Shown piece after piece: positions 44,074-55,671 of a stretch of 64,000 nt of DNA (its first letter is position 1; each line of letters opens with the position of its first letter). The stretch is taken from contig CAVSGO010000007.1 in NCBI GenBank assembly GCA_963727525.1, positions 1,664,001 to 1,728,000 of the forward strand, written 5' to 3'. The translations under genes were made by a program, and so were the position numbers. This stretch comes from an uncultured bacterium (lineage in GTDB: Bacteria; Krumholzibacteriota; Krumholzibacteriia; LZORAL124-64-63). Under the pieces are notes generated by a model, which had not been told where the DNA came from, did no database searches, and saw only the letters and a program-made list of their open reading frames with translations.

Positions 44074-45276
44074 TTACCGTCCGATCACGCCGTGGCGGCG
44101 TCCCACCTTGGCGAAGGCCGCGAGCAGACGGTCGATGTGCGCGTCCGTGTGCGCCGCCGAGGCCTGCAACCGGATGCGGGCCTGCCGCCGCGGTACCACC
44201 GGGAAGCTGAAGCCGATGCAGTAGATGCCCTCGGCCAGCAAGTCCGCGCTCATGGCCTGAGCCAAACGTGCATCGTCATCGAACTTGCGGAAGTGCACGG
44301 GCATGATCGGATGGTCGCCCGGATCGATATCGAAGCCCAGCTCGGTGAGCCCCGCGCGGATGCGCTTCTGGTTGCGGTCGAGGGTGCGCAGGGGTTCGGG
44401 ATCCTCGCGCAGGATGCGCAGGACCTCGATCGCCGCGCCGCACACCACCGGCGGCAGCGAGTTGCTGAAAAGATAGGGCCGGCTCTTCTGGCGTAGCCAT
44501 TCCACCACCTCGCGCGGCCCGCAGGTGGCGCCGCCGAGCGCGCCGCCGAGCGCCTTGCCCAGGGTGGTGGTGATGATGTCGACGCGCCCCATCACGCCGA
44601 ACTTCTCATGCGTGCCGCGGCCGGTGGGCCCGGTGAAGCCGGTGGCGTGGCTCTCGTCCACGAGGACGAGGGCGTCGTACTTCTCGGCCAGATCGCAGAT
44701 CTCGGGCAGCTTCGCGAAGTCGCCGTCCATGGAGAACACGCCGTCAGTGACGACCATACGGAACTGCGCGTCGCGGGCTTCCTTCAGGCAGCTCTCGAGG
44801 GAAGCCATGTCGGCGTGCTCGTAGATATGGCGCTGCGCCTTGGCCAGACGCACGCCGTCGATGATCGAGGCGTGGTTGAGCTTGTCGGTGATGATTGCCG
44901 ACCCGCTCTCCAGCAGGGGCTCGAACACGCCACCGTTGGCGTCGAAGCACGCCGCGTAGAGGATGGCGTCCTCCATGCCGAGAAAGTCGGCGAACTCGCG
45001 TTCGAGCTGCTTGTGCAGCTCGGTCGTGCCGCAGATGAAGCGCACCGAGCTTAGGCCGTAGGCCCAGGTATCGAGGGTCTGGCGCGCCGCCGCGACGACG
45101 CGCGGGTCGGATGCCAGACCCAAGTAGTTGTTCGCGCAGAAATTGAGGACCTTCTGCCCGCCGACCGCGATCTCGGCGCCCTGCGGTCCCTGCAGTACGC
45201 GCTCGTCCTTGTAGAGACCCTGCTCCCGGATCGCAGCGAGCTCCCGGGTCAGATGATCCTTCAACGCGCCAAACAT
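44074..45276 (-). CDS. kbl: Glycine C-acetyltransferase (2-amino-3-ketobutyrate CoA ligase)
   Basis: LNFCANNYLGL, SVRFICGT, NHASIIDG, TLGKALGG, RQKSRPYLFSN. Confidence 0.93.
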   Translation of the reverse strand: MFGALKDHLTRELAAIREQGLYKDERVLQGPQGAEIAVGGQKVLNFCANNYLGLASDPRVVAAARQTLDTWAYGLSSVRFICGTTELHKQLEREFADFLGMEDAILYAACFDANGGVFEPLLESGSAIITDKLNHASIIDGVRLAKAQRHIYEHADMASLESCLKEARDAQFRMVVTDGVFSMDGDFAKLPEICDLAEKYDALVLVDESHATGFTGPTGRGTHEKFGVMGRVDIITTTLGKALGGALGGATCGPREVVEWLRQKSRPYLFSNSLPPVVCGAAIEVLRILREDPEPLRTLDRNQKRIRAGLTELGFDIDPGDHPIMPVHFRKFDDDARLAQAMSADLLAEGIYCIGFSFPVVPRRQARIRLQASAAHTDAHIDRLLAAFAKVGRRHGVIGR

Positions 45277-45304
45277 CGTCTTGCCTCCCGGCCGGGTCCG
45301 CGTA

Positions 45305-46327
45305 CTAGCCGCGGTACCGCTTGGCCATGTCGTCCAGGGTGTAACATTTGACCTTGTCGGCCCAGCCGGCTTGCCCGAAGGCGATCATGCGCGCCTTGAC
45401 CACCTCGGCCATGGCCACGCGGGCGGGCTTCATGTAGTCGCGCGGATCGAACTTGCCGGGCGTCTGGGCGAAGACTTTGCGGATGGCGCCGGTGATCGCC
45501 AGACGGTTGTCGGTATCGACATTGATCTTGCGCACGCCGTGCTTGATGCCGCGCTGGATCTGGTCCACGGGCACGCCGTACGTTTCCTTGATGTCGCCGC
45601 CGAACTCGTTGATGAGGTCCACCAGTTCCTTGGGTACCGAGCTGCTGCCGTGCATGACCAGGTGGCAGTTGGGCAACTTGGCGTGGATCTTCTCGATGAC
45701 GTCCATCTTGAGCACATCGCCGGTGGGTTTCTTGGTGAACTTGTAGGCACCATGGCTGGTGCCGATGGCCACGGCCAGCGCGTCGCAACCGGTGGCGCCG
45801 ACGAACGCGCCCGCCTGATCGGGATCCGTGAGATGGGCCAGGGCTTCTTCGCCGCTCAGACCGGCGCCATGGCCGTCCTCGATGCCGCCCAGGCAGCCCA
45901 GCTCCCCCTCCACCGTCACGCCGAGCGTGTGCGCCACTTCGACCACCTTGCGGGTGACGTCCGCGTTGTACTCGTAAGTCGCCGGCGTCTTACCGTCCTC
46001 CTGCAGCGAGCCGTCCATCATCACCGAGGTGAAGTTCTGCTGGATGGCGCTGTAGCAGGTGGCCGGGCTGTTGCCGTGGTCCTGGTGCATGGCGATGGGG
46101 ATCTGCGGATTGAGTTCGGCGGCGGCGAGCATGAGGTGCCGCAGGTAGGCGTCGTTGGAGAACTGCCGCGCGCCGCGGCTCGCCTGCACGATGACCGGGC
46201 TGTTGGTCTCGGTGGCGGCCATCATGATGGCCTGGATCTGCTCCATGTTGTTCACGTTGAAGGCGCCGACACCGTAGTCGTGCTCGGCGGCGTGGTCCAG
46301 AAGGACGCGCATGGGGACGAGCGGCAT
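45305..46327 (-). CDS. fba: Class II fructose-bisphosphate aldolase
   Basis: [43 protein letters not shown]. Confidence 0.95.
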   Translation of the reverse strand: MPLVPMRVLLDHAAEHDYGVGAFNVNNMEQIQAIMMAATETNSPVIVQASRGARQFSNDAYLRHLMLAAAELNPQIPIAMHQDHGNSPATCYSAIQQNFTSVMMDGSLQEDGKTPATYEYNADVTRKVVEVAHTLGVTVEGELGCLGGIEDGHGAGLSGEEALAHLTDPDQAGAFVGATGCDALAVAIGTSHGAYKFTKKPTGDVLKMDVIEKIHAKLPNCHLVMHGSSSVPKELVDLINEFGGDIKETYGVPVDQIQRGIKHGVRKINVDTDNRLAITGAIRKVFAQTPGKFDPRDYMKPARVAMAEVVKARMIAFGQAGWADKVKCYTLDDMAKRYRG

Positions 46328-46530
46328 GGTCTCTCTCCTTGTCAGCGGAAGGCGCCGACTGCGACAGGTCGCCTGCGGCGAGGCGGGAAGCCGGCGCGGC
46401 ACGACTTCGGGTTTCTCGATAACCCAAGATATCGCAATGCCTGGCGCGGCTCAAGCTCTCCCTCATGAAACAAGAAACACGCGGAAAACACGAGAGCCGC
46501 ACTCGTGTCGGGTGCGGCCCTCGCGGGATC

Positions 46531-46889
46531 TGGTGGAGGCGGCGGGAATCGAACCCGCGTCCGTAACCGGTACCCTGCAGGCATCTCCATGCTCAGTCGC
46601 CTGTTGATCTCACCAGCCGAGAGGTCAGGCGGCACACCGCCCAGCTGGCCAGCCCCACGTTTGTTTCGCCCTTAGCCAGGAACCTGCATCGGGCTAGCCT
46701 CCGGAAAATGACGCCCCACTGGACCAGGCCGTCGGCCCCCCGGTCCGGGGACGGGCACCTAAGCTAAGCTAGGCAGCCAGTGCGAGGTTGGACTCGTCAC
46801 TTGTTTTGTTTTCCACCGTTTAACGGGATACGTGGGATCCCGGCATGCAGCCCACAGTCCCCCGACCACGTCGAGACCATGTCGCCCCC
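46531..46889 (-). ncRNA. ssrA: tmRNA; tag approximately (A)DESNLALAA
   Basis: 5' GGGGGCGAC...CTCGAC; 3' GGACGCGGGTTCGATTCCCGCCGCCTCCACCA; internal frame GAC GAG TCC AAC CTC GCA CTG GCT GCC TAG. Confidence 0.95.
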
Positions 46890-46916
46890 TACGGATCGCG
46901 ATCCTGCGTCCCGCAC

Positions 46917-46945
46917 AAGATACCTCCGGCGACGTCCGCGGTCAA
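46917..46945 (-). promoter_or_regulatory. sigma70 promoter of ssrA
   Basis: TTGACC-N17-TATCTT. Confidence 0.7.
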
Positions 46946-46952
46946 CCGGACC

Positions 46953-49067
46953 TCAACGCCGCCGCCAGACCGTCATCTGCGCCAGCGTGTGCTGGTACTT
47001 GCGCGCCGTCTCACGGATCACGAAGGGCACGTCGCGCGGCTCGCCCATGCTCTCGAAGTGGGCCTCGAGCGCCGCGTGCAGACCCGCGAGCGTGGTCACG
47101 TTCTCGCCGTCCACCTTCTTGCCGCCGATCCAGCGGTCCCGGGGCGTGAACTCCTCGAGCCAGGTGTAGGGCGAGGTGAGCACCAGGAGGCCACCCGACA
47201 CGACCCGCTCGTGCAGGCCGGCGAGCCAGCGCAACGGATCGTAGAGACGGTCGACCAGGTTGGCAGCCAGGACGAGATCGAATCCCGTGAACTGCGGCTT
47301 CAGGTTGTGCGCATCGCCCTGCCAGAATTCCACGCGGTCGCGCATCGTCGCCAGGCCAAGGGCGTCGAGGTGCGTCTCGCGGTAGCTCATAAGCTCGCCC
47401 TCGTCGGAAATAGCGTATCGAGTGTAGCCCTTCTCCTGCAGCTCGTGGCCCACGCGGATGAACCGCGCCGAGAAATCGATGCCGATCACCCTGTCGAACG
47501 TGCGCGCCAGCTCGAAGGTGGCGCGGCCGGTGGCGCAACCCAGGTCGAGCGCGCGCCGCGTGGGCCGGCCCGCGACCAGTTCCGCGCAGATGCTCGCGAG
47601 GCGTTCGCCGAAGTTGGGCACGTCGAAGTATTTCGGTCCGTAGTGGAACTCGCAATACTGCGCGACGAGCGCGTCGGTCTCGTAGACATCTTCGCGCACC
47701 TTCACCGGCGCCTCGGTCTCGATGTATCGCAGTCCGGCGTGCTGGTAGAAATGACGGCGGAAGGCGTAGCGGCTGTCATGCGTGGCCTCGTTGCCGGTGG
47801 AGATCCAGGAGCCACCCTTGATGAGGTTATGCTTGGCATCGAAGGTGGGCGTCGAGAAGTCGTCGTATAGCGGGTGCACCGCGAAGCCTGGAAAGCCGGT
47901 GATCGGCGTCTCCGTGTGCTGCCAAACGTTGCCCACGACATCGCCGAAGCCGCCGTGCACGAACATGTCCACGGGACACGACGACGCGAAGTGCGCGAGA
48001 TTGAGGTTGCCGGGTTCGCTCTCCCAGTCGGGCTGGTCAGGGAGGCCGCTCACCGCGAGGAGTCGGTACCACTCCTCTTCCGTGGGCAAGCGCAGGGGCT
48101 TGCCGGTGGCGGCGGCCTTCCAGGCGCAGAACGCGTGGGCCTCGAGCTGATTCACCTCGACGGGCCAGTTCCAGGGCATAGCGATCTCCTGCACCATGCA
48201 GCGCAGGCGCCAGGTCCCCCGGTCGTCGGCCACCCAGAAGCGCGGGTGCTCGGCCTTCTCGTACTCGCGCCAGGCCCATCCCTCGTCGGTCCACCACCGC
48301 CGCTCGCCGTAGCCACCGGCCTCGATGAACGCGCGGTACTCGCCGTTGCTCACCAGGAAGCGCGCCGCGCGAAACGCGGGCACGTCCGCCGTGAGGTGGC
48401 CGTACTCGTTGTCCCAGCCATAGAGCGCGTGTTCGCGCGGTTTGCCCAGATGTACGCGGCCGCCGGTCACGTCGCTCAAGGAGTTCTCGGGCGCGGGGCC
48501 ACGCCGATCGCACACGGGCCAGTCGGGATGCGGGCGCACGAGGGCGAGCGGGAGGTGGCGGATGAGCACCGAGCTGGTTTCCAGATGGATGCGCTCGTGC
48601 TCGATACCCATGAGAATGACCCAGAACGGATCGGCCCAGCCGATCGGCAAAGACAGCGGCAGATCACTGATCGCCTGGTCGACCACGGCGCGCACGCGAC
48701 GCCGGTACGCCCACACGTCGGCGACCGGCGGCCAGTCGTATTGACCGCCATCGAGATCGTCCCAGCTCATCTCGTCCACACCGATGGCGAAGAGAGATTC
48801 GAGCCGCGGATCCACGCGCTCGGCGACCACCTTGGCCAGAAGCAGCTTGTTCATGAAGAAGACGGCCGTGTGCCCCAGGTAGAAGATGAGCGGATGCCGC
48901 AGGGGATCCGCGCGCCGGTAATAACCCTCGTCCGCCGCGAGTACCTCGAAGAGCTTCTCGTAGACGTCGCAGGTGTCGTGGAAGTACCGGCGAATCTCCT
49001 CGCGCTTCTCCTCGGCCGTACCGGTATCGAGCCGCGGCGAGCGAGCTGCGGTGGGCGTGAGCGCCAT
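46953..49067 (-). CDS. ovoA: 5-histidylcysteine sulfoxide synthase/methyltransferase (ovothiol biosynthesis)
   Basis: LRHPLIFYLGHT, GVDEMSWDD, HERIHLE Fe motif, FGE-sulfatase domain, FRRHFYQHAG, C-terminal SAM methyltransferase DLGCATGR. Confidence 0.93.
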   Translation of the reverse strand: MALTPTAARSPRLDTGTAEEKREEIRRYFHDTCDVYEKLFEVLAADEGYYRRADPLRHPLIFYLGHTAVFFMNKLLLAKVVAERVDPRLESLFAIGVDEMSWDDLDGGQYDWPPVADVWAYRRRVRAVVDQAISDLPLSLPIGWADPFWVILMGIEHERIHLETSSVLIRHLPLALVRPHPDWPVCDRRGPAPENSLSDVTGGRVHLGKPREHALYGWDNEYGHLTADVPAFRAARFLVSNGEYRAFIEAGGYGERRWWTDEGWAWREYEKAEHPRFWVADDRGTWRLRCMVQEIAMPWNWPVEVNQLEAHAFCAWKAAATGKPLRLPTEEEWYRLLAVSGLPDQPDWESEPGNLNLAHFASSCPVDMFVHGGFGDVVGNVWQHTETPITGFPGFAVHPLYDDFSTPTFDAKHNLIKGGSWISTGNEATHDSRYAFRRHFYQHAGLRYIETEAPVKVREDVYETDALVAQYCEFHYGPKYFDVPNFGERLASICAELVAGRPTRRALDLGCATGRATFELARTFDRVIGIDFSARFIRVGHELQEKGYTRYAISDEGELMSYRETHLDALGLATMRDRVEFWQGDAHNLKPQFTGFDLVLAANLVDRLYDPLRWLAGLHERVVSGGLLVLTSPYTWLEEFTPRDRWIGGKKVDGENVTTLAGLHAALEAHFESMGEPRDVPFVIRETARKYQHTLAQMTVWRRR

Positions 49068-49217
49068 GCTATTCCTTCCGGTCGGTCCCCGGTTGCGGCA
49101 GGTTCGTCGCGGGACATGGTAGGGACGTTCGCATGTCGCCGCATGCGCATGCGAAGCGGGGCGACCATGTGGCCGCCCCGCCTACTCGACAGTGCCGAAC
49201 CGGATCAGCCTCGCGGC

Positions 49218-50594
<1,377 letters not shown>

Positions 50595-50755
50595 TTAGAT
50601 TTTTTGCGCCTCAAAACGCAGAAGCCGGGGCGCCATGTCCCGTGCGTTTCGAAAAGGTAGGACCCGAAAAAGTCAAAGCAAGGAAATAACGGATTACCGA
50701 GCGAAAACCCCCATGAATCAGGGGAATCAGGGCTGATGTTGTCGACGATCCGCGA

Positions 50756-51532
50756 TCAGTGTCGCGAACTGTACGTGCGGAACACGACGTCCCACAGCGG
50801 CAGACTCACACCGTAATGAGAATCGCTGTCACGGTGATGGTGCGCCAGATGATAACGCTTGAGGTAGTGCGCGATGCCATGCGCGCAGCGCGCATGATGC
50901 CACGCGAAGTGTCCCAGGTCGTAGGCCAAGTAGCCCACGAGCAGACCTGCCATGGTCGCCAGGGCCGACGGCAATGGTATGGCAAGGTGGATGAGGACGA
51001 ACAGCACGAGGGCGATCGCGTATCCGGCGAGCGGCGGAAAGACCAGCCGCGAAGGATCCCAGGGGTCCTTGTGGTGAATCCCGTGCGCCAGGAAGTGGAG
51101 CTTCCTTTGCCACGATCCACGGGGACGGTGATGGAAGACGACGCGGTGCAGAAGATACTCGACGAGGGTCCACAGCAGGAAACCCGCCGCGAAGGCCCCG
51201 CCCATCTCGAACCAGCCCATCTCCCGCCAGCGTGCCATTCCGAGCATGAGCACCGTGGTCGGCACCCAGAGCGAGAGTACCAGCCGCCACGAAATGTGGG
51301 TGTTGGCCTCGAGCCACGGGTTCGCGAAGACGGGAAACGATCCCGGAAACGCGGCATCGGGCTGCACCACCGCCAGGCGCTCGCGTACGGAGGGCCTGAG
51401 GTTCACGTGCACCCAGTCCCAGTAGCGGTCGCCGAGCTCGTCGAGCTGGGGTAAGACGGGGCGGGTGTAGTCGACGCCGAACTCGTCGACGACATTCGCA
51501 GCCCCGGCTTGCCGTGGGGTTTCCTGGCTCAC
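50756..51532 (-). CDS. Fatty acid hydroxylase/sterol desaturase family (FA2H-like)
   Basis: His boxes EYLLHRVVFH, HGIHH, HFAWHH, HLAHHH; GTG start after GGAGG (alternative start 51589). Confidence 0.87.
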   Translation of the reverse strand: MSQETPRQAGAANVVDEFGVDYTRPVLPQLDELGDRYWDWVHVNLRPSVRERLAVVQPDAAFPGSFPVFANPWLEANTHISWRLVLSLWVPTTVLMLGMARWREMGWFEMGGAFAAGFLLWTLVEYLLHRVVFHHRPRGSWQRKLHFLAHGIHHKDPWDPSRLVFPPLAGYAIALVLFVLIHLAIPLPSALATMAGLLVGYLAYDLGHFAWHHARCAHGIAHYLKRYHLAHHHRDSDSHYGVSLPLWDVVFRTYSSRH

Positions 51533-51628
51533 CGCGGTTGCCTCCCTGGCAACACTGGACAATGGCGCCTTCCCGTGTAGGGTTGACATGGTACACACAT
51601 CGCCCCAAGGCGAAAGAGGGAACGCGCG

Positions 51629-52504
51629 GTGCTTTGTTTCTTCGCGAGCGACCTGCACGGCCGCGCCGGCCGGTATGCCCGGCTGTGGGAACGGGTGGGC
51701 GCGGAGAGGCCGCAGGCGATCTTCCTCGGCGGCGATCTCCTACCGATGGCATGGGATCACGGTTGGGTGCGCGACGGAATGACGGGTGCCTATATCGACG
51801 ACGTGCTCCTACCGGCCCTGGCCGCGCTCCGCGACGAGCTGGGACCCGCTTACCCGCGCATCTTCGCCATCCCCGGCAACGACGATCCGGCCTGCGAGGA
51901 ACCGTCCTTCGTGGCGGGCGACACGGGGGCGCTCTGGACCTACCTCCACGGCCGCCGTGCGTCGCTCGACGGCATCCCGGTTCTGGGTTACGCCTGCGTG
52001 CCCCCCACGCCCTTTTCCCTGAAAGACTGGGAGCGTTACGACGTGAGCCGCTACGTCGATCCCGGATGCGTATCTCCGGAGGAAGGGCGACGGTCGATGG
52101 AGGTCGACCTGCGGGAGGTCCGCCACGCCACCATCGCGTCCGATCTCGAGACCCTGGCGGGCGACGCCGATCTGACGGCCGCGGTGGCGCTCTTCCACAC
52201 GCCGCCCTACGACACCTGCCTCGACCGCGCCGCACTCGATGGCCGGCAGGTCGATCACGTGCCGCTCGATCCGCATGTGGGCAGCATCGCGGTGCGGCGC
52301 TGGATCGAGGCGCGCCAGCCGGCGGTGACGCTGCACGGCCACGTGCACGAAGCCGCACGCCTCACCGGCGAGTGGCGCGTGACGATCGGCCGCACGTGGT
52401 GTCTGGGAGCGGCACACGACGGCCCCGAGCTTGGCCTCGTGCGTTTCGATCCGCGGGATCCGGCCGCCGCCACCCGGGAACTTCTCGCACCCTTGCCGGA
52501 CTAG
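51629..52504 (+). CDS. Calcineurin-like metallophosphoesterase (Icc-like)
   Basis: SDLHG, GGDL, PGNDD, HTPP, HVGS, LHGHVHE. Confidence 0.9.
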   Translation: MLCFFASDLHGRAGRYARLWERVGAERPQAIFLGGDLLPMAWDHGWVRDGMTGAYIDDVLLPALAALRDELGPAYPRIFAIPGNDDPACEEPSFVAGDTGALWTYLHGRRASLDGIPVLGYACVPPTPFSLKDWERYDVSRYVDPGCVSPEEGRRSMEVDLREVRHATIASDLETLAGDADLTAAVALFHTPPYDTCLDRAALDGRQVDHVPLDPHVGSIAVRRWIEARQPAVTLHGHVHEAARLTGEWRVTIGRTWCLGAAHDGPELGLVRFDPRDPAAATRELLAPLPD

Positions 52505-55500
52505 TCGGCGGCCCGCAGGGGCAGGGGCCGGGCCGCGTCGGTCACGGCATCGATCTTGGCGGCCCAGCTCGTGTGCTCGGCGATGTCGTCGTCGGTGACC
52601 AGGTGTACGTCGAGGAGCCCTTCGCTGCGATACCCCGTACGCAGGTAGTTCATCTCGGCCAGGCACAGGCTCCAGCCCTCGAGCCAGGCCAGCAGCTCGC
52701 GCCGCTGCCGCGTCTCGCCCTGGAAATGCACAAGCAGGTCGATGTCGCTGCCGGGGCCGGCCGTGGCGTTCTTCGTCGACCCGAAGACGTACAGTGCCTT
52801 CACTCCGAAATGCGAGGCATCCAGTTCCTCGGCTACCTTCTCGGCCATGCGCATGCGCCAGAACCAGTACTGGCTCGGTTGCTCCATGTCATTGTAGGCG
52901 CACAATTCCTGGGCGACGGTCGGATTCGTGTCCGGCTCGGCCAGGTAGGCCACCGCGCGCTCGACGTCGGCATTCAGCAGCACGCGCAGGATGCGCCCAT
53001 CGCTGTAGCTGGCCACGTCGATCACGCGGACGCAGTGCGCAACCGCCCCTGCCTCGGGCAACAGATCAAGCAGCAGATTGGGCGCGTCGCGGAAGAATGC
53101 CTCGTTGAAGTCGCAGCCTTCCTCGTCGGGGAACAGCGGCAAGTACCGGATGCGCGATTCCACGAGATCCTGGAAGAAGTGCGTGCCGAAGCTCAGGTCC
53201 GGCTTGTAGCTGCCCTGGCTGCGGGCGATCTCGATGAGCATGGCCGTGTTGCTGATGTCGGAGTAGGAGACGTTCACCCCCAGCTTGATGTCGCCGCGGC
53301 TGCCCCAGCGTCCGGGCCCCATGAGGATGAACTGGCGTTTGGGCAACAGCTCGTTGAGCCGACCGACGACGCGTCCCACGGCCGTCAGCGCGCCCCGATC
53401 CGGCAGCGACGCGTAGGCCTCGGGATCCACGTAGACGATGTGCGTGATGTCCGGAACGTGACCGTTCGACACGTGGAACTGCGTGCCGAAGACGAGCCGC
53501 GCCTTGTCGATCTCCTTGGGGATGGGCGACGGCGCCACGTCGGCGGCATAGCTCTGCGGACGGCATTGCAGAAGGTAGAAATCGGTGCCGTCGTGCGCGA
53601 ATTCCACGTCGACGGGTACCTTCATGTGCTCCTCGAGGATGCGCATCATGACGCCCACGTGGTGCAGGAACGGCGTATCACGCACGAGTCCATCGAAGGT
53701 CGTGACGAGGTCGTCCTTGTCGGGATCCATCAACAGCGGCACGAGCTTCTTGAGCATACCCCCCGAAAGCACCGAGAACACCTTGTCCACCAGCGGATAG
53801 TCATTCCCGCACTCGCAAAGCAGGTCGTGGATGCTCATCGTCTCGAACTCGTTCGATTCGAGATTGAGCACGTCGATCATGGTGGCGCTGTAGCGAACGA
53901 TCTCGTCGGCCCGCACATTGACGCGCAGATTCGGCTGACCGGGAACGAGCAGCGTGGGATAGTCCTCGCCGATGCGATCGACGGCGCGGGTGCCCAGGCC
54001 CGGAACGACGCGCACCAGACCGTCCTCGCGGCGAATGCGCGGCGACCAGCGGAACTCGTTGCGGCTGAAAGCCACGCCCGCGAAGGCCGGCAGGTAATAG
54101 CGGCCCACCGGCGTACCCACAACCTCCTGGATGAGCAACCCCATCTGCTCGTCGAATTCCAGCAGGCCGCGGTCACGACGATACTCGATGGCATCGGGCC
54201 CGAGCAGCGAGGCGTAGATCTCGGCGACCGCGTCCAGCAACGCGGCGAGGCGCTGCTCCTTGGATCCCTGGTTGGCCAGGAAGAGGCTCTTGTACTTGCC
54301 CGAGAACGCCGAACCGAGACGATCCTCGAGCAGGCTCGAGCTGCGCACGATCACGGGCGTCTCGCCGAGATCGTCGAGAGCCACCGAGAGCCCCTTCACG
54401 AGGTCGGGAGGAAACACCGAATTCTTGAAGAGCTGGACAATGTTCGGATACTCGCGCCGGATCGTGGAGATGTCCTTGAACTTCTGCTCCCACACGTCCT
54501 CGAGGTCGTTGTAGTCGAGGAAATCCATCACGGCGTCGGAGGCGACGTACCAGGTGCGCGGGATCTTGATCACCCCCGCCGTTTCGTGGTCGCCCTGCGG
54601 CCGCGAGAGGATCCAGTAGGCGAGCAGCAGCCCGGAGCCCTTGCCGCCAAGCTTGCCGTGCGACTCGGGCGGCATGACCACGCGGTCCAGCAGCTCCGCG
54701 AAGTCCGTGACCCGCACCACTTCCTTGGCGATCTTGGTGAAATCGAGTTGCTCGGTGAGGAAGCGCTGGCAGAGCATCACGCGCAGGCTCTTGAGCGAGC
54801 TGGGCGCCAGCCCGGCGCCGTCGCGCAGGATATGGCAGTAGCGGCGCAGGGCGTTGGCGATCTCCGGCAGGCTGCTGCGCGGATTGTTGAGGATCTTGAA
54901 GAAGAAGCTGGCCTTGTCTTCCTGGATCCAGCGCTGGATGCGCTGCATGATCTCGTTGTCGGTGAGGTGCTTCGACGCGAGGTCGAACGGGCGGTCGGAC
55001 ATGAGCACCGAATCGTCGATATCCAGACGCCGCAGCGGCATGTTCTCGCCCCGGTGCTCGCCGGTCGCCGCCTCGACGTTCTGCAGCAGCTCCTGCGCCT
55101 CGACCATGCCGGTCGAGCACAGGTAGTTCACCATCTTGCGCGCCACGCGTATGGCGAGGGCCTTGTCGGTTTCCCTCATGAGCTGGACGGCGATCTTCCA
55201 GCCGGCGCTCGGCGTGCCGCCGGCCTTGGTGCGTGCCGCTTCCCACTGACGCCGCATGTGCCGCACGCGATGGAACATGAGGTAGTGGCCGAGGCGGTCG
55301 GCGATGCTGTTGAGCAGGCGCAGTTCCTCGCGCAGGAAGGGGCCGACGCCCTCGGGCGGACGCGACTCGGTGTAACACACGTCGAGGGTGCCCACCTCCT
55401 CGTCCTGCAGCATGATGGTGGCCTCGAGATGCCAGGGCGTTTGCCGGTAACCCGCCGTGCGGTACTCGCGGCCCTCGATGGTCAGCTGCGCCTCGCAGAT

Positions 55501-55671
55501 CTCGATGTACTGCCAGCCGATGGGGATGGTGTCCACCACCTCCTGCAGGACGTCGTCCTGGGGTCGATCCGACTGGTTGAGCCGGTTCTCGATCTCGTAG
55601 ACGCAGTTGAGCTCCTTGGCGCGCTCGCGCAGTTCGGAGATCAGCGGACGCTGGCCATCATGACTCGCCAT
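52501..55671 (-). CDS. GAF-like + PPDK-type nucleotide-binding domain + C-terminal nucleotidyltransferase protein
   Basis: LGGKGSGL, VRSSSLLED...FSGKY, LQCRP, GPGRWGS, SFGTHFFQDL, FGSTKNATAGPGSDIDLL. Confidence 0.85.
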   Translation of the reverse strand: MASHDGQRPLISELRERAKELNCVYEIENRLNQSDRPQDDVLQEVVDTIPIGWQYIEICEAQLTIEGREYRTAGYRQTPWHLEATIMLQDEEVGTLDVCYTESRPPEGVGPFLREELRLLNSIADRLGHYLMFHRVRHMRRQWEAARTKAGGTPSAGWKIAVQLMRETDKALAIRVARKMVNYLCSTGMVEAQELLQNVEAATGEHRGENMPLRRLDIDDSVLMSDRPFDLASKHLTDNEIMQRIQRWIQEDKASFFFKILNNPRSSLPEIANALRRYCHILRDGAGLAPSSLKSLRVMLCQRFLTEQLDFTKIAKEVVRVTDFAELLDRVVMPPESHGKLGGKGSGLLLAYWILSRPQGDHETAGVIKIPRTWYVASDAVMDFLDYNDLEDVWEQKFKDISTIRREYPNIVQLFKNSVFPPDLVKGLSVALDDLGETPVIVRSSSLLEDRLGSAFSGKYKSLFLANQGSKEQRLAALLDAVAEIYASLLGPDAIEYRRDRGLLEFDEQMGLLIQEVVGTPVGRYYLPAFAGVAFSRNEFRWSPRIRREDGLVRVVPGLGTRAVDRIGEDYPTLLVPGQPNLRVNVRADEIVRYSATMIDVLNLESNEFETMSIHDLLCECGNDYPLVDKVFSVLSGGMLKKLVPLLMDPDKDDLVTTFDGLVRDTPFLHHVGVMMRILEEHMKVPVDVEFAHDGTDFYLLQCRPQSYAADVAPSPIPKEIDKARLVFGTQFHVSNGHVPDITHIVYVDPEAYASLPDRGALTAVGRVVGRLNELLPKRQFILMGPGRWGSRGDIKLGVNVSYSDISNTAMLIEIARSQGSYKPDLSFGTHFFQDLVESRIRYLPLFPDEEGCDFNEAFFRDAPNLLLDLLPEAGAVAHCVRVIDVASYSDGRILRVLLNADVERAVAYLAEPDTNPTVAQELCAYNDMEQPSQYWFWRMRMAEKVAEELDASHFGVKALYVFGSTKNATAGPGSDIDLLVHFQGETRQRRELLAWLEGWSLCLAEMNYLRTGYRSEGLLDVHLVTDDDIAEHTSWAAKIDAVTDAARPLPLRAAD

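Noticed and set aside
46330-46531. tmRNA 3' end as an integration site
   Set aside because: Followed directly by housekeeping fba-kbl; no att duplication or integrase seen.
52501-52900. MNT-HEPN toxin-antitoxin or CBASS interpretation of the nucleotidyltransferase
   Set aside because: No HEPN partner or effector gene adjacent; the domain is fused to a PPDK-like protein.
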